This document shows positions 17,901-28,362 of a stretch of DNA of 49,809 nt, in pieces. Position 1 is the first letter of the stretch. The number at the start of each line of letters is the position of its first letter. The notes under the pieces are model-generated. The model was not told the DNA's origin. It was given only the letters and a program-made list of their open reading frames with translations, and searched no databases. Location of the stretch: positions 1 through 49,809 of the forward strand of contig CAJWVG010000003.1 of NCBI GenBank assembly GCA_913048065.1. The letters are read 5' to 3'. This stretch comes from an uncultured Gammaproteobacteria bacterium. Its GTDB lineage: Bacteria > Pseudomonadota > Gammaproteobacteria > GCA-002705445 > GCA-002716945. Position numbers and translations under genes: made by a program.

Positions 17901-19243
17901 AATTTTGGCTCTATTAGGGAATAAATATAATTATTATTGACTATTTTTTTAGCTACATTTACTAAATCACTTTCTGTTACATTATTAATGTCTTCTATAT
18001 ATTCATCTAATAACTTCCAATTAAAACCTTTTGTCTCTAACATACCGACCTGCATGGCTTGATAAAAAACTGAATCAAATTTATAAATATTACTAGCTAA
18101 CAACCTAGATTTAGTATTTGATAATTCATCATCTAATAAACCATTTTTGATAAAAGAATGAAACTCATCAAATATTGCTTTTTTTAGTGTATTTGGATTT
18201 ATGCCAGTTCTTGGCGATCCCCCTATAGTTATCAAGTTCTCCTCTCTTGAATAGCTATCAAATGATATGAAAGTATTTAATGCAATTTTTTTTGTGTCCA
18301 CTAAATTTTTAGTAAATCTAGAGGCTGAACTTCCATCCATTAACTCTAGGAGCAATTCCATAGCATAAACTTCTTTCTTATTTTTAAGATCAAATGATTT
18401 ATTTTTAAATGATAATAATATTAAAGGCTCAGATACTTTGTCTGAAACCTTTATATCATTATAGGAAAGCACATAGTCTTTTTTTGTAGCTAATTCCTTT
18501 ACATTTCTACTTGGTATCTTTCCATAATACTTTTGTATTAATTCTTTAGTATTATCTATATCAAAATCGCCAGCAATTATAAGCGTAGCATTATTTGGAA
18601 CATAGAAGTTAAAGTACCATTTTTTTAACTCATCTGTATTAATATTTTCTATATCTTTCATAGTGCCTATAATTGGTATCCCATAACCACTCATACCCAA
18701 AGCTTGTATTCCAATCTTTTCAAAAACTTTCGATATCGGTTGATCATCTGTTCTGAGTCGGCGTTCTTCCTTAACCACTTCCTTTTCACTCTTTAGTTCA
18801 TTTTCATTAAAAACTAAATTACTCATTCTGTCAGATTCAAGCTTGAGTGATAATTCGAGAAAATCTTTATGAATTTTTTGATAATAGCCTGTAAAGTCTC
18901 TACCAGTAAAAGCATTCTCAGACCCTCCTACTTCTTTTATTTTTTTAGAAAACTCTCCAGGCTGAGTATTACTTGTGCCTTTAAACATCATATGTTCTAG
19001 AACATGAGATATCCCTGTTATTCCTTCATATTCATAACTTGACCCAACCTTATACCATATACTTGAAACTACGGATGGACTTCTTGAGTCTTTAATAAGA
19101 ATTACTTTTAAATTATTGGAAAGCTTGTATTCTTCAATCCTATCCGAAAATTTAAGACTCGACTCCGCAGATGCTGGTATCATTAAGCCTAAAAAAAGGA
19201 TGTTAACTATAAGGTATTTGATGAGTTTAAATTTCACACTCAA
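17897..19243 (-). CDS. M16 family zinc peptidase, catalytic subunit
   Basis: WYKVGS, GISHVLEHMMFKGT (HxxEH), NAFT, EVVKEERR, YVPNNA. Confidence 0.92.
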   Translation of the reverse strand: MSVKFKLIKYLIVNILFLGLMIPASAESSLKFSDRIEEYKLSNNLKVILIKDSRSPSVVSSIWYKVGSSYEYEGITGISHVLEHMMFKGTSNTQPGEFSKKIKEVGGSENAFTGRDFTGYYQKIHKDFLELSLKLESDRMSNLVFNENELKSEKEVVKEERRLRTDDQPISKVFEKIGIQALGMSGYGIPIIGTMKDIENINTDELKKWYFNFYVPNNATLIIAGDFDIDNTKELIQKYYGKIPSRNVKELATKKDYVLSYNDIKVSDKVSEPLILLSFKNKSFDLKNKKEVYAMELLLELMDGSSASRFTKNLVDTKKIALNTFISFDSYSREENLITIGGSPRTGINPNTLKKAIFDEFHSFIKNGLLDDELSNTKSRLLASNIYKFDSVFYQAMQVGMLETKGFNWKLLDEYIEDINNVTESDLVNVAKKIVNNNYIYSLIEPKL

Positions 19244-19314
19244 ATTATATCAAAGAAATAAATTATCAAAATAATCTTTTTCTCAGGGTTTTTATGATAA
19301 ATTTACCTATTTTT

Positions 19315-19386
19315 TGCTATAATATTGATTATTATAGAGAAAAAATCGTTTTAGTTGCTTGAATACCTTAAAATTGCCATTATAAT
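19315..19386. promoter_or_regulatory. Divergent promoter region rpoH / M16 operon
   Basis: + strand TGCTATAAT (19315-19323), - strand TATAAT (19336-19331), and + strand TTGAAT-16nt-TATAAT (19359-19386). Confidence 0.5.
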
Positions 19387-19397
19387 TACCTGTAGGA

Positions 19398-20264
19398 ATG
19401 AAGCTTATGAATAATCAGATTATTGAAAATTTACCGGTAGAATCAACTTTAGACTTAAGTTCTACAGATTCAATAGAAATATATCTTAATCAATTAAGAC
19501 AGACACCTTTATTGTCAAAAGAAGAAGAAATATCATTATTTAAAAAACTAAACACATCTGATGATCTTGATGCTGCTAGAAAATTAGTCTTGGCACACTT
19601 AAGATTTGTCGTTCATGTTGCTAAAACATATAAGGGATATGGCTTACCACTTTTAGACTTAATCCAAGAAGGAAATATTGGATTAATGAAAGCAGTAAAA
19701 AAGTTTGATCCTAGTAAAAATGTACGGCTATTATCTTTTGCAATATATTGGATAAGAGCAGAAATCCATGAATTTGTTATAAAAAATTGGAGAATTGTTA
19801 AAGTTGCTACAACTAAGGCACAAAGAAAATTGTTTTTTAAACTTAGAAGCAAGAAGAAAGACATTTCTTGGTTAACAGAGAGTGAAAGAAAAAATATTGC
19901 TCAAGAGCTTAATGTCAAATCAGAAACAGTTACACTCATGGAGTCTAGATTAAGTGGTAATGATGTATCCTATGATCCTTCAGATGAAGACGAGATATCT
20001 CCGTCTACTTATTTAACAGATAATATTGATCCGTTAACCAAACTTCAATATGAAAATGATAATTCTGTTAATTTAAATAATCTTGAATCTGCTATGTCTC
20101 GACTAGATGACAGAAGCAAAGATATCATAAAACAACGTTACCTACTTGAAGATAAAGTCACACTTGATGAATTATCAAAAAAATATAAAATTTCTAAAGA
20201 AAGAGTGAGACAAATTGAGAATCAGTCTCTTGATTTGTTAAAAAACAATATGCTAATTGCTTAG
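19398..20264 (+). CDS. rpoH: RNA polymerase sigma-32 factor (start may be the ATG at 19407)
   Basis: DLIQEGNIGLMKAVKKFDP, WIRAEIHEFVIKNWRIVKVATTKAQRKLFFKLR (RpoH box), ISKERVRQIE. Confidence 0.96.
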   Translation: MKLMNNQIIENLPVESTLDLSSTDSIEIYLNQLRQTPLLSKEEEISLFKKLNTSDDLDAARKLVLAHLRFVVHVAKTYKGYGLPLLDLIQEGNIGLMKAVKKFDPSKNVRLLSFAIYWIRAEIHEFVIKNWRIVKVATTKAQRKLFFKLRSKKKDISWLTESERKNIAQELNVKSETVTLMESRLSGNDVSYDPSDEDEISPSTYLTDNIDPLTKLQYENDNSVNLNNLESAMSRLDDRSKDIIKQRYLLEDKVTLDELSKKYKISKERVRQIENQSLDLLKNNMLIA

Positions 20265-21169
20265 CTTATAGATAAATACCAATAATGATCTATTAGTAGT
20301 GCCGCAAATAAAATTGCTAAATACGTAATTGAGTATTTAAACAATCTAATAGCTCGCCTATCAGACTTAGTAATCATTAGATCATATGCATCAATTACAA
20401 ATTTAAGTCCAATAATAGTTGCACCTGTCAAGTATATGAAACCAGATAAGCCTAAAATAAAAGGAAATAAAGTGATACAAAAAAGTAAAATAGAATACAA
20501 AAATATATGTAGTCTGGCAAAATCTTTTCCATGTGTAACAGGCAACATTGGAATTTCGGCTTTTTTATAATCTTCATATTTATATACTGCTAATGCCCAA
20601 AAATGTGGTGGTGTCCATAAAAAAATAATTAGAAATAGAACTAACGGAAATGGTTCTATCTGATTGGTAATCGAAGTCCAGCCTAACAATGGAGGCATAG
20701 CCCCAGCGATTCCTCCTATTACAATATTTTGCGAAGTTAGATTTTTTAAATATACAGAATAAATAAATGAGTAGATAATGATTGATAATAGTGTAAGCAA
20801 GGCAGTTAAAGTATTTACAAGAATATAAAGCAAAGAAATCGATGAGAAAGACAAAAACAAAGCAAAGTAGATAGCATGTAAAGGCTTTATTGAACCGTTC
20901 ACCAAAGGTCTAGATTTTGTTCTATCCATAATAGAGTCTATTCTTTGATCTACCACATGATTAATGATTGCTGCTGCAGAGGCGGCGAGACCGATTCCTA
21001 TACTTGCAAAAAAAATTAATTCATAGTTAAGAGTGCTTTGGTGTGCTAGCAGCATACCCACAATTGCAGTAAACATTATTAATAAATTTACCCTTGGTTT
21101 AGTAAGGATGATAAATTCACGAACTATATTTATAGCATTATTTGTAGAATGTAACGAAGGATTTTCCAT
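20261..21169 (-). CDS. cyoE: Protoheme IX farnesyltransferase (heme O synthase)
   Basis: LTKPRV, D..IDSIMDRTKSRPL, QNIVIGGIAGAMPP, WTPPHFWALA. Confidence 0.95.
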   Translation of the reverse strand: MENPSLHSTNNAINIVREFIILTKPRVNLLIMFTAIVGMLLAHQSTLNYELIFFASIGIGLAASAAAIINHVVDQRIDSIMDRTKSRPLVNGSIKPLHAIYFALFLSFSSISLLYILVNTLTALLTLLSIIIYSFIYSVYLKNLTSQNIVIGGIAGAMPPLLGWTSITNQIEPFPLVLFLIIFLWTPPHFWALAVYKYEDYKKAEIPMLPVTHGKDFARLHIFLYSILLFCITLFPFILGLSGFIYLTGATIIGLKFVIDAYDLMITKSDRRAIRLFKYSITYLAILFAALLIDHYWYLSIS

Positions 21170-21181
21170 GTCTAGATTTTA

Positions 21182-22180
21182 TCACTTTTGTATGCAATAT
21201 GTCGAATAATATAACAAAGTTATCATGCTCATCAGTAAAATAGATGCATTCACTGTGTGTAGTACAGCTATTGAAATAGGTAAACTATATACAACATTAA
21301 ATACCCCCAAAGTGACCTGTAAAACAAAAAATATCAACACAATATATCCGATTTTTTTTATTTGTTGATTAGATTGTATGAAAAATAAATATATGAATAA
21401 CAGAGAAAATAATATTGTGAGAATTAGCGCTCCAAATCTATGAGTGAAATGTATCGCTAACTTTGCATTATATGCCAAAGGAGCTAATTCATAGTTTATA
21501 TCAGGCAAATTTATGATAGTAAATGCATCCGAATAATTCATATTGGAAGGCCACCACTCATCACTACATTTAGGGAAATCAGTACAGGCTAATGATGCAT
21601 AATTTGTACTAGTCCATCCTCCTAAAATTATCTGTACAATTAATGCAAATGTGCAGAGTATAATTAATTTAGTTAATTTTTTATCTACCCGAACATCTAT
21701 CGTAAAGTTATATATTTTAAAGCTATTCCATAGTAATAATGTTGCCGTAGTTATGCCTAAAACTAGATGTATTGTGACTATTGTAGGTTTTACAAGTTCT
21801 GTAACAGTCAACATGCCCATTAGAGATTGAACAATTATTAACACTATTAGTGATATTGGTAATAATTTAGGGACATGTTTAGCATACTTGAGAGTGAGGT
21901 AAGAAACATAAAAAATAAAAATACCCAGGGTACCTGCAAGATATCTATGCAACATTTCTCGCCAAGCCTTACCAGTATCTATTACTGCATCAGGGTATAA
22001 TTTTTTTGCTTCAGCTAGCTCTATGTCACTAGTTGGTGTGCCTAGGATACCATAACAGCCAGGCCAGTCAGGACAACCTAAACCAGCATGAGTTAACCTG
22101 ACCCATGCACCGACAGAAATTACGACTAGCGTAAACAAAGATGCTAACAAACTTATATTCCTGACAGTGTATGAAGTCAT
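21182..22180 (-). CDS. ctaA: Heme A synthase COX15/CtaA
   Basis: GAWVRLTHAGLGCPDWPGCYG, EMLHRY, GGWTSTNYASLAC.DFPKC, HFTHR, VLH. Confidence 0.93.
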   Translation of the reverse strand: MTSYTVRNISLLASLFTLVVISVGAWVRLTHAGLGCPDWPGCYGILGTPTSDIELAEAKKLYPDAVIDTGKAWREMLHRYLAGTLGIFIFYVSYLTLKYAKHVPKLLPISLIVLIIVQSLMGMLTVTELVKPTIVTIHLVLGITTATLLLWNSFKIYNFTIDVRVDKKLTKLIILCTFALIVQIILGGWTSTNYASLACTDFPKCSDEWWPSNMNYSDAFTIINLPDINYELAPLAYNAKLAIHFTHRFGALILTILFSLLFIYLFFIQSNQQIKKIGYIVLIFFVLQVTLGVFNVVYSLPISIAVLHTVNASILLMSMITLLYYSTYCIQK

Positions 22181-22182
22181 AT

Positions 22183-22746
22183 TTATCCAATTCGCGAAAG
22201 TTTAAAAAGTTTTTTGATGTCTTTAAGAAGTTTTTTTCCTTCAAATTTATTATCGTATCGTAGTATAACATTCCCTAGAGGATCGACCAGCAAAATAGAT
22301 GTTTTTGAAGAGATATTATTTAGAAGACCCGATAATTTATCTGGTTTATTTTTAATAATAGTTAAACCTGGATAAGATTTCGAAATATCTATCTCGGATT
22401 CTGAATTAGATATTAATACTCTTTGTAATCTATTCATATCTTTGCCAAGAGCCGTATGTATTTGTCTTAATAAGTATATATTTTTTAAACAATCATCTAG
22501 GCAGTTATTTTTTAGATGATAGATGAGAGTCCATCTGCCATTGAATACATTAGAATTAAGCTTCTCGCCTAAAGAATTCTCTATATTAATATTATTTATT
22601 GTTATTATAGGGTCAACAAATGAACCATAATTTGTCGTAGACCATTCTTTTTCAGCAGAATAATCATCCATCAGAAAATATGAGATTATAAATGGAATCA
22701 TAAATATTAAAATAATCACTAAAAACTTAATTCGATTCACACTCAT
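22183..22746 (-). CDS. SCO/thioredoxin-like cytochrome oxidase biogenesis protein
   Basis: N-terminal TM, TNYG, CLDDC (CxxxC), RQIHTALGKD..RLQRV, LVDPLGNVILRY; typical of gammaproteobacterial cox clusters. Confidence 0.75.
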   Translation of the reverse strand: MSVNRIKFLVIILIFMIPFIISYFLMDDYSAEKEWSTTNYGSFVDPIITINNINIENSLGEKLNSNVFNGRWTLIYHLKNNCLDDCLKNIYLLRQIHTALGKDMNRLQRVLISNSESEIDISKSYPGLTIIKNKPDKLSGLLNNISSKTSILLVDPLGNVILRYDNKFEGKKLLKDIKKLFKLSRIG

Positions 22747-23429
22747 CTTTTTAGGTCCTTACGTAATAAAATTATCATGAAAATAATACCGATAAATGCA
22801 AAGAGGAACCACTGTCCAGCATACATATAATGTTTAAGATCAGAATTCTTCTTATATATTGTTTGTATATTAAAAGAATTTTCTTGATCTTCGCTCATTA
22901 TCAAAACATAAGGAAAAACCTTATACTTAAACATTTGTTTAATTTTATCAATTTCAATATTTTGAATAATTAATGGCCAATCATTTTTGTAAAAATCTTC
23001 TGATAACTGATAAAAATCTTTATATTTATAGATATAACCAGTTGCTTGTGAATCAACATTTCGTATATCTATATTAGGCAAAGATTGTCTATTATTATTA
23101 CTAACCCAACCTCTATTAATTAATACAATTTGATCATCAAATAACATCGGACTAATGACTTCATACCCTGCTTTCTTATTAAATATTTTATTATCAAGAA
23201 GGAACTGTTTATTAGAGATATAAGTACCAGTAATTATAATTTTAGTAAAATCTACTGGGTTCGATTTAATAACTTCAAATTGTATAGGGTTTTTAGAAAT
23301 TCTTTCATTGAAGGCATGGTATAAATATGCTTTCTCATTGGCTCTGTCTATTTGCCATAAGCCTAGTATAATACATGTAATTATTACTATTATAAAAAAT
23401 AATACTTTGAAAGTTTTAATCATTAGCAT
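22743..23429 (-). CDS. SURF1 family cytochrome oxidase assembly protein
   Basis: LGLWQIDRANEK, LLDN, GYEV, INRGWV, HYMYAGQWF. Confidence 0.92.
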   Translation of the reverse strand: MLMIKTFKVLFFIIVIITCIILGLWQIDRANEKAYLYHAFNERISKNPIQFEVIKSNPVDFTKIIITGTYISNKQFLLDNKIFNKKAGYEVISPMLFDDQIVLINRGWVSNNNRQSLPNIDIRNVDSQATGYIYKYKDFYQLSEDFYKNDWPLIIQNIEIDKIKQMFKYKVFPYVLIMSEDQENSFNIQTIYKKNSDLKHYMYAGQWFLFAFIGIIFMIILLRKDLKR

Positions 23430-23467
23430 ATATATGTTAAGTTTAAATAAAATTAATTCTACCTAAA

Positions 23468-23665
23468 ATGAAATATATAATATTAACTTTATTAGCGCTA
23501 ATTATTTATAATCTTATGGCAGGTTTTTATTATATTATTACAGACAAAAAAAGCTCAAATAGAGGGTTTCACTCATTGAGAACAAGAATTATTTTGTCTT
23601 TACTATTATTTGCAACTCTAGTAGTCGGTTATTATCTAGATTTAATACAGCCTCATGGGATTTAA
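23468..23665 (+). CDS. Twin-transmembrane small protein (DUF2909-like)
   Basis: Two TM helices, SLRTRIILS, C-terminal IQPHG; typical inverted position between SURF1 and cox3. Confidence 0.8.
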   Translation: MKYIILTLLALIIYNLMAGFYYIITDKKSSNRGFHSLRTRIILSLLLFATLVVGYYLDLIQPHGI

Positions 23666-23666
23666 C

Positions 23667-24530
23667 TTATAGCCAATAAACAAAAACGAATAAACCTAAC
23701 CAAACAACATCCACAAAATGCCAATACCAAGCAACTGCTTCAAAACCAAAATGATTGTCTCCAGAAAAATGTCCTTTCATACATCTAAACATTATTACTG
23801 TGAGCATAATTGCTCCTAAGGTTACGTGAAAACCATGAAACCCTGTTAACATATAGAAAGTTGATCCGTATATCCCAGAAGTCATTTTTAAATTCAAGTC
23901 TGAATATGCATGCATATATTCATATGCTTGAAAACCAACAAAAATAAAACCTAATAAAACTGTAAGCAGAAGACCATAAATTAACTTATTTCTATTTTGC
24001 TCTTTGAGCCCATGATGAGCCCATGTGACAGTTAATCCGCTTGTAAGTAGCAACAATGTATTAATTGCAGGGATACCGCCTGCTTTCATTAGAATAAAGT
24101 CTCCACCTAAATTAGTGGGGCCATTTGATGGCCAAACATTCTCAAATTGTGGCCATAGAACAATATTTGTCGAAACTTTTGAACCCACTCCTCCAAGCCA
24201 TGGCAATGAAAGTTCACGAGCATAGTACAGTGCTCCAAAAAATGCAGCAAAAAACATTACTTCAGAAAATATAAACCAAACCATTCCCCATCTAAAAGAA
24301 ATATCTACCTGTGCATTATAGGTTCCTGCTTCACTTTCACTAACCACATCAGAAAACCAACCATATGTTATGATTAGAAGAAGGACTAGGCCGGTTGCCA
24401 TGATAGACATTCCAGAGTTATAACCATTTAAATAGTTAGCTAAACCAATAAATAATACAACAAGCGCTACAGTATTTAAAAAGGGCCATTTTGTTTCATG
24501 AGGCACATAATAACTATTTGAATCACTCAT
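23667..24530 (-). CDS. ctaE: Cytochrome c oxidase subunit III
   Basis: FIFSEVMFFAAFF, TGFHGFHV, AWYWHFVDVVWL. Confidence 0.96.
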   Translation of the reverse strand: MSDSNSYYVPHETKWPFLNTVALVVLFIGLANYLNGYNSGMSIMATGLVLLLIITYGWFSDVVSESEAGTYNAQVDISFRWGMVWFIFSEVMFFAAFFGALYYARELSLPWLGGVGSKVSTNIVLWPQFENVWPSNGPTNLGGDFILMKAGGIPAINTLLLLTSGLTVTWAHHGLKEQNRNKLIYGLLLTVLLGFIFVGFQAYEYMHAYSDLNLKMTSGIYGSTFYMLTGFHGFHVTLGAIMLTVIMFRCMKGHFSGDNHFGFEAVAWYWHFVDVVWLGLFVFVYWL

Positions 24531-24542
24531 TAATTAATCCTC

Positions 24543-25070
24543 TTATTTAGACCCAATCTGATCTGTGGTATTGAACATCGTGTAAGATAATATTAGTGTT
24601 TTAGTTTCCAAAGGTAGTTCGTTATCTACTATAAATTGTAGCGGTAGTTCTATAGTTTCTAGACCATTAATTTGTTGTTGGCTAAAACAAAAACACTCAA
24701 TTTTTTTAAAATACTCAGCATGCTCGCTTGGAACAACACTTGGGCTAGCAGTAGCATGTTTTAGTGTTGTTGAATTATTTGTTAATGTATAAAATGTATT
24801 ATTAATTTTTCCAACCTGAACAATCATTTCACGATCAATGGGTTCAAATTGAAATGGTGCAGAGTTAGCTATAGTAGAAGTAAATTTAACAGTAACAAAT
24901 CTTTCTGTTGGATTTTCATTCACAACCAAGAATTTTTCTTGATTAGTTTTACCATTTAATCCAGTAATTTCACAAAAAATATCATATAAAGGAACAAGCA
25001 TATATGAAAATGAAAACATGAATATAGTAATAAATGTTAAAGCAATATATGTTTTTTTAAGACTACTCAT
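24543..25070 (-). CDS. ctaG: Cytochrome c oxidase assembly protein CtaG/Cox11
   Basis: VPLYDIFCEITG, YFKKIECFCF, LSYT. Confidence 0.95.
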   Translation of the reverse strand: MSSLKKTYIALTFITIFMFSFSYMLVPLYDIFCEITGLNGKTNQEKFLVVNENPTERFVTVKFTSTIANSAPFQFEPIDREMIVQVGKINNTFYTLTNNSTTLKHATASPSVVPSEHAEYFKKIECFCFSQQQINGLETIELPLQFIVDNELPLETKTLILSYTMFNTTDQIGSK

Positions 25071-26647
25071 TATTCAACTTTAGGTGCTTTTTCAAAAGAA
25101 TGATATGGTGGCGGTGATGACAAGGTCCATTCAAGGCCTTCTGCTCCGTCCCAAACTTTATCTTCTGCTGAAACTTTTTGTTTTAATGTATCAAATAAGA
25201 TATAAACAAAAAGTAATTGTGATAAACCAAAACCAAATGCTCCTACTGATGCAATGGCGTTAAAGTCGGCAAACTGAACAGCATAGTCAGGTATTCTTCT
25301 TGGCATACCTGCAAGTCCAACAAAATGCATAGGGAAAAAGGTTAAATTAACAAAAATAGTAGTCAACCAAAAATGTAGCTTACCGAGGCTCTCATTATAC
25401 ATTTTACCAGTCCACTTAGGTAACCAATAATAAACAGCTGCGATAATCGCAAATACAGCACCAGGAACTAGGACATAATGAAAATGTGCTACAACAAAAT
25501 AAGTATCATGATATTGAAAATCTGCAGGCACCATAGCTAACATCAATCCTGAAAATCCACCAATTGTAAATAAAACAATAAATGCTATTGCAAATAACAT
25601 GGGGGTTTCAAATGTCATGGAACCACGCCACATTGTTGCTACCCAATTAAAAACTTTTACTCCTGTAGGAACAGCAATTAACATTGTAGTAAGCATAAAA
25701 AATATTTCACCAGCTAATGGCATACCTACTGTAAACATATGATGAGCCCAAACTATGAACGATAATAAAGCAATTGATGCTGTTGCATAAACCATAGAAT
25801 CATATCCAAATAATTTCTTTCTAGAAAAGGCAGGAATAATTGTCGAAACTATTCCAAAAGCAGGCAGTATTAATATATAGACTTCTGGATGACCAAAAAA
25901 CCAAAATATATGTTGAAATAACACTGGATCACCGCCACCCGAAGCCGTAAAAAAACTTGTTCCGAAAAATCTATCTGTTAAGAGCATAGTAATCGCGCCA
26001 GCAAGCACAGGCATAGCTGCAATTAATAAAAATGCGGTAATCAGCCATGTCCAAACAAAAATCGGCATTTTCATTAGTGTCATTCCAGGCGCTCTCATAT
26101 TCAATATTGTTGCGATAACATTAATTGCTCCCAAAATTGAAGATAGTCCTAGCATATGAATTGATAAAATCACAAATGGCATCGAATCTCCACCTTGTAA
26201 AGATAATGGAGGATATAATGTCCAACCTGCTGCCGGCCCACCACTCTCAAAAAACAAAGTGCTAATCATCATAGTAAAAGCAAAAGGCAGTATCCAAAAA
26301 CTCCAGTTGTTTAATCTTGGAAGAGCCATATCAGGAGCTCCAATCATAATAGGTATCTGCCAGTTTGCAAGTCCCACAAAAGCAGGCATTACTGCGCCAA
26401 AAATCATTATTAAAGCATGCATTGTTGTCATTTGGTTAAAGAATCCAGGTACTACGAGTTGTAAGCCAGGCTGAAATAATTCTGCTCTTATCACTAGAGC
26501 CATTAAACCTCCAATAAAAAACATTATTAAACTAAACCATAAATATAGCGTCCCTATATCTTTGTGATTAGTTGTTGTAATCCACCTCATTATTCCTGAA
26601 GGTGTGTGATGATGATCATCATGTAGTTTATCTATATTGGCACTCAT
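25070..26647 (-). CDS. ctaD: Cytochrome c oxidase subunit I (A1 type)
   Basis: [39 protein letters not shown]. Confidence 0.98.
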   Translation of the reverse strand: MSANIDKLHDDHHHTPSGIMRWITTTNHKDIGTLYLWFSLIMFFIGGLMALVIRAELFQPGLQLVVPGFFNQMTTMHALIMIFGAVMPAFVGLANWQIPIMIGAPDMALPRLNNWSFWILPFAFTMMISTLFFESGGPAAGWTLYPPLSLQGGDSMPFVILSIHMLGLSSILGAINVIATILNMRAPGMTLMKMPIFVWTWLITAFLLIAAMPVLAGAITMLLTDRFFGTSFFTASGGGDPVLFQHIFWFFGHPEVYILILPAFGIVSTIIPAFSRKKLFGYDSMVYATASIALLSFIVWAHHMFTVGMPLAGEIFFMLTTMLIAVPTGVKVFNWVATMWRGSMTFETPMLFAIAFIVLFTIGGFSGLMLAMVPADFQYHDTYFVVAHFHYVLVPGAVFAIIAAVYYWLPKWTGKMYNESLGKLHFWLTTIFVNLTFFPMHFVGLAGMPRRIPDYAVQFADFNAIASVGAFGFGLSQLLFVYILFDTLKQKVSAEDKVWDGAEGLEWTLSSPPPYHSFEKAPKVE

Positions 26648-26659
26648 ATTATTTTCCTT

Positions 26660-27454
26660 TTATTTATTCTCAGCTACCTTGTTAGTTTTTTGGATAGATA
26701 CCCATTTATAATATTCTTGTTTTGGCACCGCTTTGACAACAATAGGCATAAATCCATGATCTTTGCCACATAGCTCAGCGCATTGTCCTCGATAAATTCC
26801 AGGCTCTTGGATATCGACCCATAATTCATTTACATATCCAGGTATAGCGTCTTTTTTGCCTCCTAGCTCTGGAACCCACCATGCATGTATCACATCACTT
26901 GCGGTTAGGAGAACTCTAACCTTTGTATCAGTTGGTAGTACTACATAGTTATCTACATCTCTTAAATAATTATCAACTTTTGTAACATCTACACCAGAAT
27001 TTAATCTTCTAGCAGTGTTGCTTTTAGTGTCAATCTTACTAAAAAAACTTATATTATCTTCCAGATATTCATATTGCCACATCCACTGATAACCTGTTAC
27101 CTTAAGGGTAATTTCAGAATCTCTTGTGTCTTCCATCATAATTAGAGCATTGGTTGCTGGTATTGCCATTCCAACTAAAATTAGAAATGGTATTACGGTC
27201 CAAATTATTTCCACTTTGGTGCTTTCATGGAATTTCGCAGGCTTATGTCCTACAGATTTACGGTGGTATATAATAGAGTACAACATAGCTCCAAAGACTA
27301 GAATCCCAATGACAACCGTAATATAAAAAATTAACATATGAATGTCATATGCTATCTCACTGGTCGGGGTGACGCCTCTAGGCATATTAGTTTCCCATGC
27401 AGCCGATGCAATTGCGGGAAATACTGATAATAATAAAACACTTAATTTTCTCAT
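26660..27454 (-). CDS. ctaC: Cytochrome c oxidase subunit II (no fused cytochrome c)
   Basis: EIIWT, GYQWMW, DVIHAW, CAELCGKDHGFMP CuA motif; no CxxCH. Confidence 0.97.
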   Translation of the reverse strand: MRKLSVLLLSVFPAIASAAWETNMPRGVTPTSEIAYDIHMLIFYITVVIGILVFGAMLYSIIYHRKSVGHKPAKFHESTKVEIIWTVIPFLILVGMAIPATNALIMMEDTRDSEITLKVTGYQWMWQYEYLEDNISFFSKIDTKSNTARRLNSGVDVTKVDNYLRDVDNYVVLPTDTKVRVLLTASDVIHAWWVPELGGKKDAIPGYVNELWVDIQEPGIYRGQCAELCGKDHGFMPIVVKAVPKQEYYKWVSIQKTNKVAENK

Positions 27455-27525
27455 TAATCTTCCTTATTTAATGAGCCCCATCATAACAAAATATTAGTAT
27501 TTATGGAATTTCTAATTTAATAAAA

Positions 27526-28353
27526 TTAAATTTTTTTAATGTTTATAACGTCAGTATTTTTATTAGGGTTATCTTTAATATTTTTCCAAGATACGCCATA
27601 TATCATCTCATATGTTACAGGGTATCTGCCATTATCTTCATTTTTTTCGTAAGAATTAGTGAGTTTCCTATAAGATTCTTTTGGCATATAAGAAGCTTTT
27701 CGACCTATAACGGTATTAGCACCAGTTTTTCTAAGTGATTTTAAAATATTAGCAAAGCTTGAATATTCTATTATTAGATTTTCCACATCCATAACAGGAT
27801 CATGAAAACCACATTTTAATAACGAGTCTCCATAAATATGCATATCTGTAAATGAATTTACATGTTGTTCGCCATCAATTTTTGCATAAGCCTTATTTAG
27901 CTCAATCAACGTGTTAGGACCAACCGTAGTAAACATAAAAACTCCCTTATTTTTTAAATATCTATGAATATCAGAAAAAATTTTTTCTATTTCTTCACAC
28001 CAATGCAGAGTAAAGCTAGATATAACTAAATCAAAAACTTCATTATCAAAAGGCATGTTTTCAGCATCAGCAACAACCAAGTTAAATTTAGTATTTTTTT
28101 TTCTACACTCTATTAACATATCAAGTGAAATATCTAAACAAGTTATTTTAGAAGCAGGAAATATTTGTTTTAAAATATTAGATAGATAACCTGTTCCACT
28201 TCCTAGGTCCAAAATAGTTTTGGGTTTGAACTTCATAAGCTTTAATCGTTCTATCATTCTTTTTGATACTTCATTTTGTACTAGAGAATATTCCTCATAA
28301 GTTGAAGACTTAGAATTAAATGATTTAGCTATTTTCTTTTTATAGTTTTCCAT
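27526..28353 (-). CDS. bioC: Malonyl-ACP O-methyltransferase
   Basis: ILDLGSGTG, DAENMPF, GPNTLIEL, HVNSFTDMH..GD, PVMD, TYE.IYG. Confidence 0.9.
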   Translation of the reverse strand: MENYKKKIAKSFNSKSSTYEEYSLVQNEVSKRMIERLKLMKFKPKTILDLGSGTGYLSNILKQIFPASKITCLDISLDMLIECRKKNTKFNLVVADAENMPFDNEVFDLVISSFTLHWCEEIEKIFSDIHRYLKNKGVFMFTTVGPNTLIELNKAYAKIDGEQHVNSFTDMHIYGDSLLKCGFHDPVMDVENLIIEYSSFANILKSLRKTGANTVIGRKASYMPKESYRKLTNSYEKNEDNGRYPVTYEMIYGVSWKNIKDNPNKNTDVINIKKI

Positions 28354-28362
28354 ACTATTTAT

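Noticed and set aside
19358-19383. Possible sigma32 autoregulatory promoter (CTTGAA...GCCATTAT) upstream of rpoH
   Set aside because: Spacer is about 11 nt, shorter than the usual sigma32 spacing; the same bases fit a sigma70 TTGAAT-16-TATAAT promoter better.
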